A DNA stretch of 64,000 nt from an uncultured Chlamydiales bacterium (GTDB lineage Bacteria > Chlamydiota > Chlamydiia > Chlamydiales > Rhabdochlamydiaceae), in the NCBI GenBank assembly GCA_963709365.1, contig CAVPVU010000002.1, forward strand, positions 319,594 to 383,593, written 5' to 3'. The position numbers were made by a program, and so were the translations under genes. Every line of letters begins with the position of its first letter. Within the stretch, counting starts at the first letter, position 1. Positions 1 through 10,036 of this stretch are shown here, piece by piece. The notes below the pieces were generated by a model that was not told where the DNA came from, ran no database searches, and was given only the letters and a program-made list of their open reading frames with translations.

Positions 1-323
1 CGATAGTCCTCGCCTTTCCTTTTTATGACTTTGCTATCCGAGAAGAACTCGCCTGGGCCTTTGTAACCGAACTTGTGCTAATCTTCTTTCTGTCTATCCA
101 GTTTGCACTTCTTCCAACCTTTCTCTGCGCGCTCTTTCCAACACCAGTGCGTTATACGGGTGTAGGTCTTAGCTATAATATCTGCAATGCGCTGTTTGGG
201 GGAGTAACGCCGCTATTAGCCTTTACGCTGATAGAGAAAGGCCAAGCGCTCATCATGCCCGCCTTTGTGCTAGTTACTGCCGCGGCCATCGCCATCGCCA
301 GCCTCTGGAGAATAAAAGTCTGA
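1..323 (+). CDS. C-terminal part of an MFS (MHS/ProP-like) transporter; the CDS runs off the window start
   Basis: The frame is open from nt 3 to the TGA at 321-323. The translation VRYTGVGLSYNICNALFGGVTPLLAF matches the C-terminal motif of ProP-type MFS symporters. The listed ORF begins at an internal GTG. Confidence 0.55.
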   Translation, partial: IVLAFPFYDFAIREELAWAFVTELVLIFFLSIQFALLPTFLCALFPTPVRYTGVGLSYNICNALFGGVTPLLAFTLIEKGQALIMPAFVLVTAAAIAIASLWRIKV

Positions 324-506
324 ATCTCTTTTGATCTGTATCAAGATTGCGCCCGACCTGATCTATTCGTGGTATTGATACGCTTCAGAAATCGCAAAGC
401 TTACGATGATCATCTTGCAGCTCCCTACATCCAAGAATTTATAACAAAATACGACAAGACTTTGTACCAGAACGTTGTCGAAGAGTTCTATCAAAAATTA
501 GATTAA
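324..506 (+). pseudogene. Orphan C-terminal half of an ABM (antibiotic-biosynthesis-monooxygenase-like) domain, in frame directly after the transporter stop codon, with no start codon
   Basis: The frame translates to ISFDLYQDCARPDLFVVLIRFRNRKAYDDHLAAPYIQEFITKYDKTLYQNVVEEFYQKLD*, ~ the ABM consensus ...YERW.s.EAfeAHl.sPHfkaF. It shares the reading frame of the upstream CDS and has no ATG. Confidence 0.3.
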
Positions 507-642
507 AAGAACCAAAAAGGATATCCTTGTTATCGTTTGAGTCTTTTTGGCCGTTTTTCTTTATTTTCGGGCACGGGCAGGTCAAGAAAAAATTGATTTT
601 TACCTGCTTAAGCATTAGACGTGAGGAAAACTAGGATGGAAC

Positions 643-1461
643 ATGTCTGTGCAGACTGCAATCGGCCGAAACGCGTTTGATGGACAGATCGGCATACATG
701 CAACTGCGTTGGGCTTAGCAGAAACTGGCATAGGAAGTGCGCTGCATGCCATGCATATTCCCTTTTCAGGAACGCTTCTCTCTCTCAATCAAATTTTCTT
801 GCTCACGCGCTGTCTTTATCTTGCGCCAAATGAACAACGAGTTTTTTCTCCGCTCGTAATTTCAGCGAATGCAGCTCTATTCAAATGCCTCTCTCCCGTG
901 GGCAAAAAATTAACGCCGATGTTGGCGATCTGTATGCAGGGGCTATTTTATAACATCGGCATTTTGTGTTTCGGCAATACGGTTCTAGGGAGAATGACTG
1001 GAGGAGTCCTTTCTTCACTTTGGGGTCTCTGCCAGCCTCTGCTTCTTTATTGGCTATTTTTTGGACAATCTTTGTTGCTAGCATTTGAAAAATTTTCCTG
1101 GCTGGAGCGCGCATTTTTAGGGTTAGCGATTGCTAAAATACTGTCTGCCATTCTTATCGTCCTTTTCACTCCTACGCTCCCTACCTTTCGCTTCGAGCAA
1201 TATCTACAAAAGCTTTCCAGGATCGGAATGGCGCAATCGAATGACTCTTGCCAAAAGCCGCCAGTCAGGCAAGCCTTGAGCGATCTTTGCAAGCCCCTGT
1301 TTCTTTTCTCGCTTGTTATAACGGCTTTTTTCTTCTATTTCTCACAAGGTGTATCGCCGGCCCTAATCTGGGGTGTTCTTCGCCCTCTCGCTGTAGGCTT
1401 TTTTTGCTTTTTCTTGATGAGATTGCTTCCTCTCAAACAATGGATGAAAAATGGGACCTGA
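643..1461 (+). CDS. Polytopic membrane protein, function unknown
   Basis: 272-aa ORF with several hydrophobic segments. Its end overlaps the downstream Mo-enzyme gene by 11 nt, which suggests an operon. Confidence 0.45.
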   Translation: MSVQTAIGRNAFDGQIGIHATALGLAETGIGSALHAMHIPFSGTLLSLNQIFLLTRCLYLAPNEQRVFSPLVISANAALFKCLSPVGKKLTPMLAICMQGLFYNIGILCFGNTVLGRMTGGVLSSLWGLCQPLLLYWLFFGQSLLLAFEKFSWLERAFLGLAIAKILSAILIVLFTPTLPTFRFEQYLQKLSRIGMAQSNDSCQKPPVRQALSDLCKPLFLFSLVITAFFFYFSQGVSPALIWGVLRPLAVGFFCFFLMRLLPLKQWMKNGT

Positions 1462-2947
1462 AGGTGGATTTTCTCTTTGGCTGACTCTCACCCATCTTTT
1501 TAATTTTCTATTCATTACATTACTAATGCGAAGCGGAATTCAGATCCTTTCCGACCACCCGCGTCTTTATTGGAATGACGACTGCACACCGGGGAGCGAG
1601 TGGATCAAGTTCACAAAAAACAAAGTGCCTCTCGATCGGATTTATACTTCTTTAGACGATGCAGTCCGCGTTTCTCCCTGGATCGCCTTGCCAGGAGGGA
1701 GACACAGCCTTGGAATGGGGCGGCATTGGCACTTTCTTTGCGCTTTCCTTTGGATGTTGAACGGCTTTATCTATGTAAGCCTTCTCTTTTGGACAGACGA
1801 TTGGCGCCGCCTTATTCCCACTTCTTGGGATATTTTTCCTCAAGCCTGGGACTGCCTAGTCTCTTATGCTACTTTCCATTTGCCGTCGGCATCCGTGTTT
1901 CATCCCTACGATCCATTGCAACAGTTGACCTATGCTTTTATCGTATTTATTTGCGCTCCGCTCACCATCCTGACTGGGATCGCTATGTCGCCTGCTGTTA
2001 TAGGCAGATTTCCTTGGTATGTGAAAATTTTCGGCGGCAGGCAAAAATCACGCAGTATTCATTTTCTTCTGACCGTCATATATCTGGTATTCCTTATTTT
2101 CCATGTGACCTTTGTCTCTTTGACCGGATTTGCAAAAAACATGGTACACATCGTTCTTGGAAAACTGGAAGGGAATGGAACATTGGCCATTTGCTTAGGA
2201 CTTATCGGGATTGGCGCGGTGATTGTCATTCATGTTGCTGTAACAAGGTGGTCACAAAAATCGCCTCGCCGAGTACAAGATTCGATAGGTGCTTTTGTTC
2301 AAAAACTCATGCAATTTTTCTTTTATCGGCTGAAGTCCCATCAACACTACGCCCTGGCGGATATTTCACCATATCATTGGGTCAATGGCTATCCGCCTCA
2401 AACACCAGAGTGGCAGAATTTGGCCAAAAGCAACTTTGACTCATATCGTTTGGAAATCAAGGGACTAGTGGAAAATCCTTGCTTCCTTTCATTAAATGCT
2501 TTGAAAGCGCTACCCAAAAGCTCACAGATCGTCAAGCATTGCTGTATTCAGGGTTGGACAGGCGTGGCTGAATGGTCGGGCGTGCGCATGAGTGAGATCA
2601 TACGCCTGGCCAAGCCCTCTTCGCAAGCTCGCTTTGTCGTTTTCCATTCTTATCAGATGAACAAGCAGTCAGCAGTTGTCTCCGATGCAGAAGTTGAATA
2701 TTACAGCAGTCTTGATCTAAATGAAGCCAGATATCCGCAAACCATCTTGGCTTATGAAATGAATGGAAAGCCTCTTCCTGAAAAGCACGGAGCCCCTTTA
2801 CGTCTGCGTATGGAAACAAAGCTAGGCTTTAAGATGGTCAAATGGATCAAGTCCATTGAATTTGTCGATGATTATCGAAAAATAGGGCTGGGCTATGGGG
2901 GCTATAGAGAAGACCAGGAGTATTATGACTCCAGTGCGCAAATCTAA
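1451..2947 (+). CDS. Fused membrane heme-b (MsrQ/YedZ-like, His-rich TM) domain plus C-terminal molybdopterin oxidoreductase (sulfite-oxidase/MsrP-YedY family) domain
   Basis: N-terminal ~250 aa contain 5-6 TM helices with conserved His (GRHWHF, HFLLT, IFHV). C-terminal domain has HCCIQGWTGVAEWSGVRMSEI and APLRLRMETKLGFKMVKWIKSIEF, typical of Moco-binding oxidoreductases. Confidence 0.6.
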   Translation: MGPEGGFSLWLTLTHLFNFLFITLLMRSGIQILSDHPRLYWNDDCTPGSEWIKFTKNKVPLDRIYTSLDDAVRVSPWIALPGGRHSLGMGRHWHFLCAFLWMLNGFIYVSLLFWTDDWRRLIPTSWDIFPQAWDCLVSYATFHLPSASVFHPYDPLQQLTYAFIVFICAPLTILTGIAMSPAVIGRFPWYVKIFGGRQKSRSIHFLLTVIYLVFLIFHVTFVSLTGFAKNMVHIVLGKLEGNGTLAICLGLIGIGAVIVIHVAVTRWSQKSPRRVQDSIGAFVQKLMQFFFYRLKSHQHYALADISPYHWVNGYPPQTPEWQNLAKSNFDSYRLEIKGLVENPCFLSLNALKALPKSSQIVKHCCIQGWTGVAEWSGVRMSEIIRLAKPSSQARFVVFHSYQMNKQSAVVSDAEVEYYSSLDLNEARYPQTILAYEMNGKPLPEKHGAPLRLRMETKLGFKMVKWIKSIEFVDDYRKIGLGYGGYREDQEYYDSSAQI

Positions 2948-3476
2948 AAAAATCCGAGTGTTGAAAGAGGTCTACGCAATTGGCCACTCGACGCGCACCA
3001 TCGAAGATTTTGTTTCTCTTTTGCAAGCGCATGCCATCGAGAAAGTCATCGATATCAGAACAATCCCTATGTCAAGGCATTGTCCCCAGTTCAATCAGGG
3101 TGTGCTTAAAAAGACGTTGAAGAAATGGGGCATCGGCTACCAGCATATGAAAGGTCTCGGAGGGCTGCGCCACGCCTCTAAAGATTCTATAAACAGTGGT
3201 TGGCATAACGCCTCGTTTCGCGGCTTTGCCGACTACATGCAAACGCCTGCGTTCCAAAAAGCCCTTGAGAAATTAGAAAAGATGGCCGGAAAAAAACGGT
3301 GCGCTCTGATGTGCGCTGAAGCTATGCCGTGGCGCTGCCATCGCAGTCTGGTTTTGGACGCCTTGAGTCTGAGAAAGTGGAAAGCTTTCCACATCCAGAG
3401 TAGAAAGACCGCCAAGAGGCATAGACGCACGGCATTCTTGAAGGTCAAAAAGGGAATGCTAGTTTATCAAGCTTAG
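2925..3476 (+). CDS. DUF488 family protein
   Basis: AIGHSTRTIEDFVSLLQAHAIEKVIDIRT ... PWRCHRSLVLDAL matches DUF488. The start is moved to the internal Met (MTPVRK) so the gene does not overlap its upstream neighbour. Confidence 0.55.
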   Translation: MTPVRKSKKIRVLKEVYAIGHSTRTIEDFVSLLQAHAIEKVIDIRTIPMSRHCPQFNQGVLKKTLKKWGIGYQHMKGLGGLRHASKDSINSGWHNASFRGFADYMQTPAFQKALEKLEKMAGKKRCALMCAEAMPWRCHRSLVLDALSLRKWKAFHIQSRKTAKRHRRTAFLKVKKGMLVYQA

Positions 3477-4501
3477 TGGAGTTGATAAGAGACTCTGCCG
3501 AAGGCGAAACGGCTCTTTAAGAGCAGTTCGATTGACCGCATCTGAAGCCATACTTCAGAGGTCTCGGTTAGACCTCTTTCTTCTCTTCGTGTCTCACTTC
3601 CAGGCATGATTAATTCGTCAGAGATGTGCTCATATAATAGTCTCGCTTCATCAACGCTAATTAAAGAACAGATGTCAGGTAATTTCTCTATTCGGTCAGG
3701 ACGTGTGGGAAATAGCTTTTCTAAGATAGGTCTCATAGGGTCGTCTCTCTCCATCTGTCCTCGCGAAAACGCTTGGAGATTGAGTAGGGAGCTGAGTCTC
3801 TGAGGATCCTGCTCAAGGATATCTTTCAACAAGCATGCAACTCTACTTCTAATACCCAAGTCAGTGAGTTCGATATATGTTTCCTCATCTCTGAGAAATA
3901 GCGCGTGACATCTCTCTCTCCCAAAGTATATCAGTGCACTTTCAGGCTTAATATCTTCTGTGGCTCGAGCTCTACTTTCATCAGTACCCCATCCTATATT
4001 AGGAGCATCTGGATCAATATATTCTAATAAGTGGAATTTGAGCGCTAAGAGATCTCTGTCTATGGATTCAGCCATGCTCCAGGCGGGCAGAGAACATTGC
4101 GGCAGAGCTATTCCTAAAATCGATGAGAAGATACGGATCTGCGAAGAAGCGATACTGCCCAAAATTGCTAGGGGGTCTAAAATCAATACGCAGCAAAAGT
4201 TATAGGCTGCATCTTTCCACTGCTGCGCAAAAAGCCTTGAGATGATAGCCAGCATTCTAAGACCAATCCAGGCTACTTTACTTAGTAGAGAAGTTGAAGC
4301 AAGGGAAATGCTAGAGAGTGTAAGCCATGCGTGCTCGGCTCTTGTCAACTGAGCCTGCCCATTACCAGCGATCGTAAAGACTTCTGCGCTTATATCAGCA
4401 CAAACAAACTCGTACTCTTCCTTGCAAGTCAATCTTTTTGGCTCTAATGCTAATATCGCACAGTCTGAAGTTAGTGGGTTTATGTACATATTGAAAAGCA
4501 T
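3473..4501 (-). CDS. Hypothetical protein (342 aa), no recognisable domain
   Basis: Long ORF followed by an AT-rich intergenic region. No motif recognised. Confidence 0.4.
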   Translation of the reverse strand: MLFNMYINPLTSDCAILALEPKRLTCKEEYEFVCADISAEVFTIAGNGQAQLTRAEHAWLTLSSISLASTSLLSKVAWIGLRMLAIISRLFAQQWKDAAYNFCCVLILDPLAILGSIASSQIRIFSSILGIALPQCSLPAWSMAESIDRDLLALKFHLLEYIDPDAPNIGWGTDESRARATEDIKPESALIYFGRERCHALFLRDEETYIELTDLGIRSRVACLLKDILEQDPQRLSSLLNLQAFSRGQMERDDPMRPILEKLFPTRPDRIEKLPDICSLISVDEARLLYEHISDELIMPGSETRREERGLTETSEVWLQMRSIELLLKSRFAFGRVSYQLH

Positions 4502-4610
4502 TATAACATAAATTGGCTATACAAACCAATCGTCTATTAAAAATTTTAATTTGCTTAAGAAAGGAAAGGATCAAAGCGACAAAGAAAAGTCTTTGTTGTA
4601 GATTGGTCGT

Positions 4611-7520
4611 TCAGTTTGAACTGATGTAGACCCCGAGATCGCAGATGTCTTCCTTGGAGACGCTCTCGTAGTGGAAGTCGTTCTCACGGTTCAGCACACC
4701 TTCCATGAGCACAGCCAGGCGTTTCAAGTTGTGGCGCGAGAGGAACTCTTTGGCCAGAAGCTTCAGACGATCGTAAGAAAGCGCGTTGGCGGCATCGATG
4801 CGCTTGTCCATCCAAGTGAAGTCGCCATCATATTCGAAGGCGAGTTTGTTCAGCCTTATGCCCATGGCATACAAGTTTTCAGGTGGATTCTCTAGCGTTG
4901 TGACATGCATTTTACGAATGTCCTCGAAGCGCTCAGAAGGTAATTTTTCAGGGAGCATCTTGACGAAATTCTCCAAGAAGAGTTCAAAACGCGCAATTAG
5001 GTCGCTAGGATGATGCGTGCTGGACTGCACCGCAAAAAATTGGAGGAGTTGTTTCTCCTTTGCAAGCGGCCAAGCCTTGGCGATATAACCAGTCTGCTGC
5101 TTTGTGCGCAGTGTATCGAAGAAGGCTTCTTGAAGCGCGATGCCCAGAATTTCTTGAGCAGCTCTTTTTTCGAAGGTAAAAGATCCTTCTTCCAGAACGA
5201 GAATCACACCATTGCCTTGGCGCGGAGTATTTTGGGTGATCAGATAAGGTCCGCGTTTTTCAGGCAGCAGTAGCAGCTGCTTCTTCTGTTCCATGGCAGG
5301 CAAGAGAGGCGCGGCGTTGAGCGAGCTTTTTAGATCGTCCCAGAGTTGTTTGACTTCCCCGCCATCGATATTGCCATAGAAAAGGCTATCGATCGCACAG
5401 CTCTTGAAGAGCGTCTTACAAAAAGAGATGAACTCATCGTAAGTAATCCCTCTGAGGGAGTTTAACCTTTCAGCGGAGGTGGGAGCGTCGTTATAGAGAA
5501 TACTGTCTAAAAGCTCGCGCGCTTGAAGAAGAGGTAGCCCTTTGGTGCCATTCTCATACTCACTTAGGATGGCCTGCTTATAAATTTCAAACTGCTCTTT
5601 CTGAGGTTGAACCTCTTTGAAGTTCTTAAAAATCTCTCTTAAGAGCAGCGGGGCTTTAAAATTATACCCGTGCAAAGCGACGATGAGTTTCAAATCTTGC
5701 ACATCCAAGGCAAGATCTAACCCAGCCATTTCCGCATACCAGAGCGTTGATGAGAGTTTCTCTGTGAAAGCCTTGATATAGAGGTCTGTCAAAGCGGCCA
5801 CTCGGGCGCTGCCATCGATTTGCGACGTTTTAATCGCAAAGGTGGCGAATACTTCCGGAACAAGATAGCGCTTATCTTGAGCATAGTAGAGCTTACCAGA
5901 CCGATCATCGACGAGCAGCGTAGGGATGACGGGAGCCTGACTGCTCTCTTGCGCCAGTGCCAGATTAGAAAAATCGGGCATAAAAGGGTTTGGAGCGGGC
6001 AGAGAGATCTGAGGATGCGGAGTGAGTTTGGCCCAAGCGGCCAATTTATCCGCTGGGATCTCTTTAATCGTATATTCAGCTTCCATCCACTTCTCTTTCT
6101 TGTCAGTCTGGATGCCGGTTTTTTCAGGATCGGCCTGCAAAAAGTAGATGCAACTTTCAGGAGTTAACGTGCGCAGGAAAGCAGAGAGAAAAGTGGCGTC
6201 GTAAGCAGTTGGGATGAGGGTGTGTTCGGGATAGGTGGCTAGGTCTTCATCCATGATGTCGTGCGCATGTTTCGAGATGAACTCAAAGGCATCTTGGCGC
6301 GACTGGTACTGATAGTTCAAAGCGGCTATCTTTTGCATCTCATCGAAAAGACGAACTGGAATGCCCTGTTCTTTAAGGCGGGCCAGTGTCTGGTAGACGC
6401 GTGCAATTACCGTGTTGGTCTCTGAAATGCCTTGCGGGGTGAGATCGATATCGATATTGAAGATGAGTTTGCCTTTAGACTGCATATCGCAGCTCGCTCT
6501 CAAAGACTCGGCCAATTTTTCACGTTTCAGCTGTTCGCTCAGGCTGTTTTGCGTTTCACTATTTAGTACAAAGGCCACCAGAGAAGCCATGGAACGCTTA
6601 TCAAAGTCGAACAGGGTGGAAGGAATTTCCCACATCAGCGAGAGAACTCTCAAGTCTCTGATCGGCTTGAGATAAATCATATGGCCGCGCTGCTGCGGAG
6701 ATGAGAGCTGTTCGGGTAGAGGTCTCTGGACGACCTGCCTTATAGGTACTTGCGAAAAGGTATTCACCACCAAAGGCGTTAGCTCATTCATAGGGAGAGG
6801 CGAAAGCACGATGAGGTGCATTTTATCCGCGCTGTAGTGACTATCGTACCATTTTTTCAGAGCCTCTTGAGGAATATGGCCGAGTGTTTTGGCATTTCCG
6901 GTAGAAAAGGCTGAGTTAGGGTGTAGTGGGTTTCCGGTTTCTTTGAACACCATGTACTGCCGCCAGCCATCATGTTCGATGTTTTTGGCATGCTCTTGGT
7001 CGACGGCATGCAGTTCACGTTGAATGCATGAGGTGAGGAAGAGCGGATCGATGAAAAAGTGGGAAAAACGGTCTAAGGCTCCATCGAAAGCGTCGTTATT
7101 TATCGAGAACATGTAAATGGTGCGATCTGGCCAGGTCGAGGCGTTGACCTTGCCGCCGTGATCGGCGATATACTGCATATATTCAAATTCGCTCGGATAA
7201 GCCTTAGTTCCCATAAACAGCATATGCTCGAGGAAGTGGGCCGTGCCAGGGAACTCCTTCGGGTCGTTCCAAGAGCCTGCTTCGACACACAGGCCAGCCG
7301 CAGACTGCTTGACATCAGGGTCTGAGATGAGATAGACCTGCAGTCCGTTTTTGAGCACAATCTTGTCGAACTTTCTTTCGTTCAAAACGGGATTTAAAAG
7401 AGGATACGCAGACGCATCTTCAATGGTCTGGAAAGCTAGTCCTTCTTGGTTTGGACCAGCGCATGCAAGCGAAACAATAAAAACGTTAAGAGCGCTGGCG
7501 AGCGCGAATAATCTTTTCAT
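4611..7520 (-). CDS. Secreted M16 (insulinase/pitrilysin-like) zinc metallopeptidase
   Basis: N-terminal signal peptide. Inverted zinc motif HFLEHMLFMGT (HxxEH). 969 aa, the usual size for protease III / IDE-like enzymes. Confidence 0.8.
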   Translation of the reverse strand: MKRLFALASALNVFIVSLACAGPNQEGLAFQTIEDASAYPLLNPVLNERKFDKIVLKNGLQVYLISDPDVKQSAAGLCVEAGSWNDPKEFPGTAHFLEHMLFMGTKAYPSEFEYMQYIADHGGKVNASTWPDRTIYMFSINNDAFDGALDRFSHFFIDPLFLTSCIQRELHAVDQEHAKNIEHDGWRQYMVFKETGNPLHPNSAFSTGNAKTLGHIPQEALKKWYDSHYSADKMHLIVLSPLPMNELTPLVVNTFSQVPIRQVVQRPLPEQLSSPQQRGHMIYLKPIRDLRVLSLMWEIPSTLFDFDKRSMASLVAFVLNSETQNSLSEQLKREKLAESLRASCDMQSKGKLIFNIDIDLTPQGISETNTVIARVYQTLARLKEQGIPVRLFDEMQKIAALNYQYQSRQDAFEFISKHAHDIMDEDLATYPEHTLIPTAYDATFLSAFLRTLTPESCIYFLQADPEKTGIQTDKKEKWMEAEYTIKEIPADKLAAWAKLTPHPQISLPAPNPFMPDFSNLALAQESSQAPVIPTLLVDDRSGKLYYAQDKRYLVPEVFATFAIKTSQIDGSARVAALTDLYIKAFTEKLSSTLWYAEMAGLDLALDVQDLKLIVALHGYNFKAPLLLREIFKNFKEVQPQKEQFEIYKQAILSEYENGTKGLPLLQARELLDSILYNDAPTSAERLNSLRGITYDEFISFCKTLFKSCAIDSLFYGNIDGGEVKQLWDDLKSSLNAAPLLPAMEQKKQLLLLPEKRGPYLITQNTPRQGNGVILVLEEGSFTFEKRAAQEILGIALQEAFFDTLRTKQQTGYIAKAWPLAKEKQLLQFFAVQSSTHHPSDLIARFELFLENFVKMLPEKLPSERFEDIRKMHVTTLENPPENLYAMGIRLNKLAFEYDGDFTWMDKRIDAANALSYDRLKLLAKEFLSRHNLKRLAVLMEGVLNRENDFHYESVSKEDICDLGVYISSN

Positions 7521-8520
7521 AATCTTCTTTTACCAAATTCCAAATATAATTGGCTCGCATCTTTCTACGCTCATGTTTATCGCCTATTTCAGAACCTGGA
7601 AAATGCTCCATGTCGATCTCAGGCCCAAATGCGAGATGGATGTCGGCCATTTGTGTCACACGTGTCTCGCCCAGCTCAATCTGGATGTCCGCCGGCGGGG
7701 GGAGAAGATCATAGGTAGCCAGGGTAAGCGGATAAAAATGCGTAGGCTTCTCAGCGCGCTCGGCCATGAGGTAGAACATCTCGATGCTCTGAGGATCGAA
7801 CGCAGCCACCTCTACCATGCCTGCGGCATTTTTGCGGTCGCGTCCGCCACTCGGAGCGACATAGATGCTTTTGCCTCCCTGGCTTAAAAGCTCGCTCATG
7901 AGCTGCATGGTGCGCTTGTTATGCAGCTGCTTTTTTGCCTTCTCTTCGGGAGGATGATCGATGTAGCGCTTCGAATAAATACAGAGAAGATTGCGGCCCA
8001 TGCTAAAAGGAACCGCCAACGGATCGGTGACCACGCGCTCGCCGGCGACAAAGATCGTTTTCTCTGCGAGCAGAGGATGAGTTTTTTCAAGAAGCAAACT
8101 GATGGCTTGAGGGTCAGCTTCAGTTTGATGATTAGCGAGAAAAACCACGTTTTCCTGATTTTCTAATTGTTTGGTGGCCTTGTCGGCCCAATGGAGGCCA
8201 GTCACGGTCGACTTTGCAAAGTCGATCAGGGGCCGCGCAAAATCATTGCCAAACTTATAGAAATCAAAAGGTTTACGCACATGTTCATGATAGGGCTCAA
8301 AGGTAAAAGGCGAAGCGAGCTCTGCTTTGACTAGTTCTAAGAAAGTCAAGAACTGCGAATAGTAGTCGTGCCCTTTGCCGCTGCCCTTCTCGACAGCTTC
8401 TCTGTAGCAGAGATAAAAATTCTCCAGGATCGTTTTCAACTTGTGCGGAAGTTTTCCGTCTGCAGCCTCCGCCTCAAGTTTAGCGATGAAGTTGTCATTA
8501 GACTTCGATCTGTTTTCCAT
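7486..8520 (-). CDS. plsB: Plant-plastid-type glycerol-3-phosphate acyltransferase (GPAT/ATS1-like)
   Basis: FLANHQTEADPQAI matches the NHQSEADP HX4D motif of plastidial GPAT. This is the known plant-like gene of Chlamydiae. Confidence 0.65.
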   Translation of the reverse strand: MENRSKSNDNFIAKLEAEAADGKLPHKLKTILENFYLCYREAVEKGSGKGHDYYSQFLTFLELVKAELASPFTFEPYHEHVRKPFDFYKFGNDFARPLIDFAKSTVTGLHWADKATKQLENQENVVFLANHQTEADPQAISLLLEKTHPLLAEKTIFVAGERVVTDPLAVPFSMGRNLLCIYSKRYIDHPPEEKAKKQLHNKRTMQLMSELLSQGGKSIYVAPSGGRDRKNAAGMVEVAAFDPQSIEMFYLMAERAEKPTHFYPLTLATYDLLPPPADIQIELGETRVTQMADIHLAFGPEIDMEHFPGSEIGDKHERRKMRANYIWNLVKEDYEKIIRARQRS

Positions 8521-10036
8521 TGATAGTCGAATAAAATTGAAAATCGTTCAGGTGGAGATTGTCGTTTGTTTTGAACTGCAATTGTGCATTTTCTTCTTCG
8601 GCTATCTTGCGGAAGTGGTCCTTATCTCCATGACCCAAAAAGTGGTCTAAATCGGGGTGAGAGATGAGCTCGAGGCCGAACTGTTGTTGTGCACCGATCA
8701 GTTTTTTAAGGGCGCGCTCTATCTCGATCGATGTAGTTTCGTGAGACTTGATCATGCCGTTGCCAGAGCAATATGGACAATTTGTAAATAGCGTCTGCAT
8801 CAGAGACTCGCGGTTTCTCTGTCTGGTCATTTCCACCAGGCCAAATTCACTCATGCCCAAAATCGTGCATTTGGCTGAATCTTCTTTCATGGCTTCTTTG
8901 AGGCGGTCGAGTACGCGACGCTGGTTTTTGCGCGAGCGCATGTCGATGAAATCGCAGATGATCAGACCGCCGATATTGCGCAGCCTCAGCTGCCTTGCAA
9001 TCTCATCGGCTGCTTCCATATTGATGCGCACGAGCGACTCTTCGACATCGGTAGAAGATGAAGATTTGGTGCCTCTTCCCGAGTTGACGTCGATCGTAAA
9101 CATGGCTTCGGTGCGGTCGAAAAAGAGGTAGCCGCCGCCTGGGAGCCAGATCTTGCGGCGCAGCGCTTTATCGAGTTCTCGCTCGACGTTGAAACGTTCG
9201 AACATCGGCGTTTTATCGCGATAGAATTCGATCTTCAGGTCGTGTTCGTTATGATATTTGGTGTAGAGCCGTTTGCACGTTTGAAAGGTTGCATAGTCAT
9301 CGACGAGCACGCGATCGAACCTTTTATCTATAGCCGTCATGACGGCGCGTTTGATTAAATCTGATTCTTCGTAAAGACAGGTAGGCCTGGTGGCTTTATT
9401 GAAGTTCTCGGCAATAGTCTGCCAGGTGTTTAAAAGGTCGGTAGCTTCATCGACGAGCATTTCAGTCGTCGCATTTACGCTGGCGGTGCGGCAGATGAGA
9501 CCCATGTCTTTGGGCATTTCAAAAGCCTGGATCAATTTTTTTAGCCGTTCGCGGCCAGCATGGTCTTCGATTTTGCGCGAAACGCCGCGGTGAGGCGTGT
9601 TGGGAAGCAGCACGAGATAGCGTCCGGCGATGGAGATGTTTGAAGTTAACCGCGCTCCTTTAGTGCCGATAGGTTCTTTTACTACTTGCACGAATACCGG
9701 CTGATCGATTTTGAGCAGCTTGGCGATGTCCGCCTCTTTTTGTGCTTTAGTTCCTTCGACTTCGTATTCCCAATCGAAGTCCATTTCGAACATCTCTTGG
9801 AACTTCTGGGTGTTCTCAATGATGTCGGAGATGTGGATAAAGCCATTCTCGCCTTCGCCGATATCGATGAAGGCAGATTGAATGTTGTGTAAAATATTGG
9901 TCACCCTTCCACGATAAATATTACCCGTCAATTGCCGGTTTTTTTTCCGTTCGATGATCAGGTCGTGAAGGGCGCCGTTTTTAAGATGCGCGTAACGTCT
10001 CTCTTTAGACTCGACGTTTAAAAGAATCTCTTGCAT
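8498..10036 (-). CDS. rng: Ribonuclease G/E family endoribonuclease
   Basis: S1 domain with LTGNIYRGRVTNILHNIQSAFIDIG. The catalytic region resembles RNase E/G. 512 aa. Confidence 0.8.
   Translation of the reverse strand: MQEILLNVESKERRYAHLKNGALHDLIIERKKNRQLTGNIYRGRVTNILHNIQSAFIDIGEGENGFIHISDIIENTQKFQEMFEMDFDWEYEVEGTKAQKEADIAKLLKIDQPVFVQVVKEPIGTKGARLTSNISIAGRYLVLLPNTPHRGVSRKIEDHAGRERLKKLIQAFEMPKDMGLICRTASVNATTEMLVDEATDLLNTWQTIAENFNKATRPTCLYEESDLIKRAVMTAIDKRFDRVLVDDYATFQTCKRLYTKYHNEHDLKIEFYRDKTPMFERFNVERELDKALRRKIWLPGGGYLFFDRTEAMFTIDVNSGRGTKSSSSTDVEESLVRINMEAADEIARQLRLRNIGGLIICDFIDMRSRKNQRRVLDRLKEAMKEDSAKCTILGMSEFGLVEMTRQRNRESLMQTLFTNCPYCSGNGMIKSHETTSIEIERALKKLIGAQQQFGLELISHPDLDHFLGHGDKDHFRKIAEEENAQLQFKTNDNLHLNDFQFYSTINGKQIEV

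Noticed and set aside
1600-2439. Alternative-frame ORF inside the Moco oxidoreductase gene and similar embedded ORFs (e.g. 34271-34870, 35484-35873, 53134-53424, 26023-26486)
   Set aside because: They are fully nested in or antisense to strongly supported genes (Mo enzyme, glyQS, glgA, mutS) and have Arg/Cys-rich, unconserved translations.
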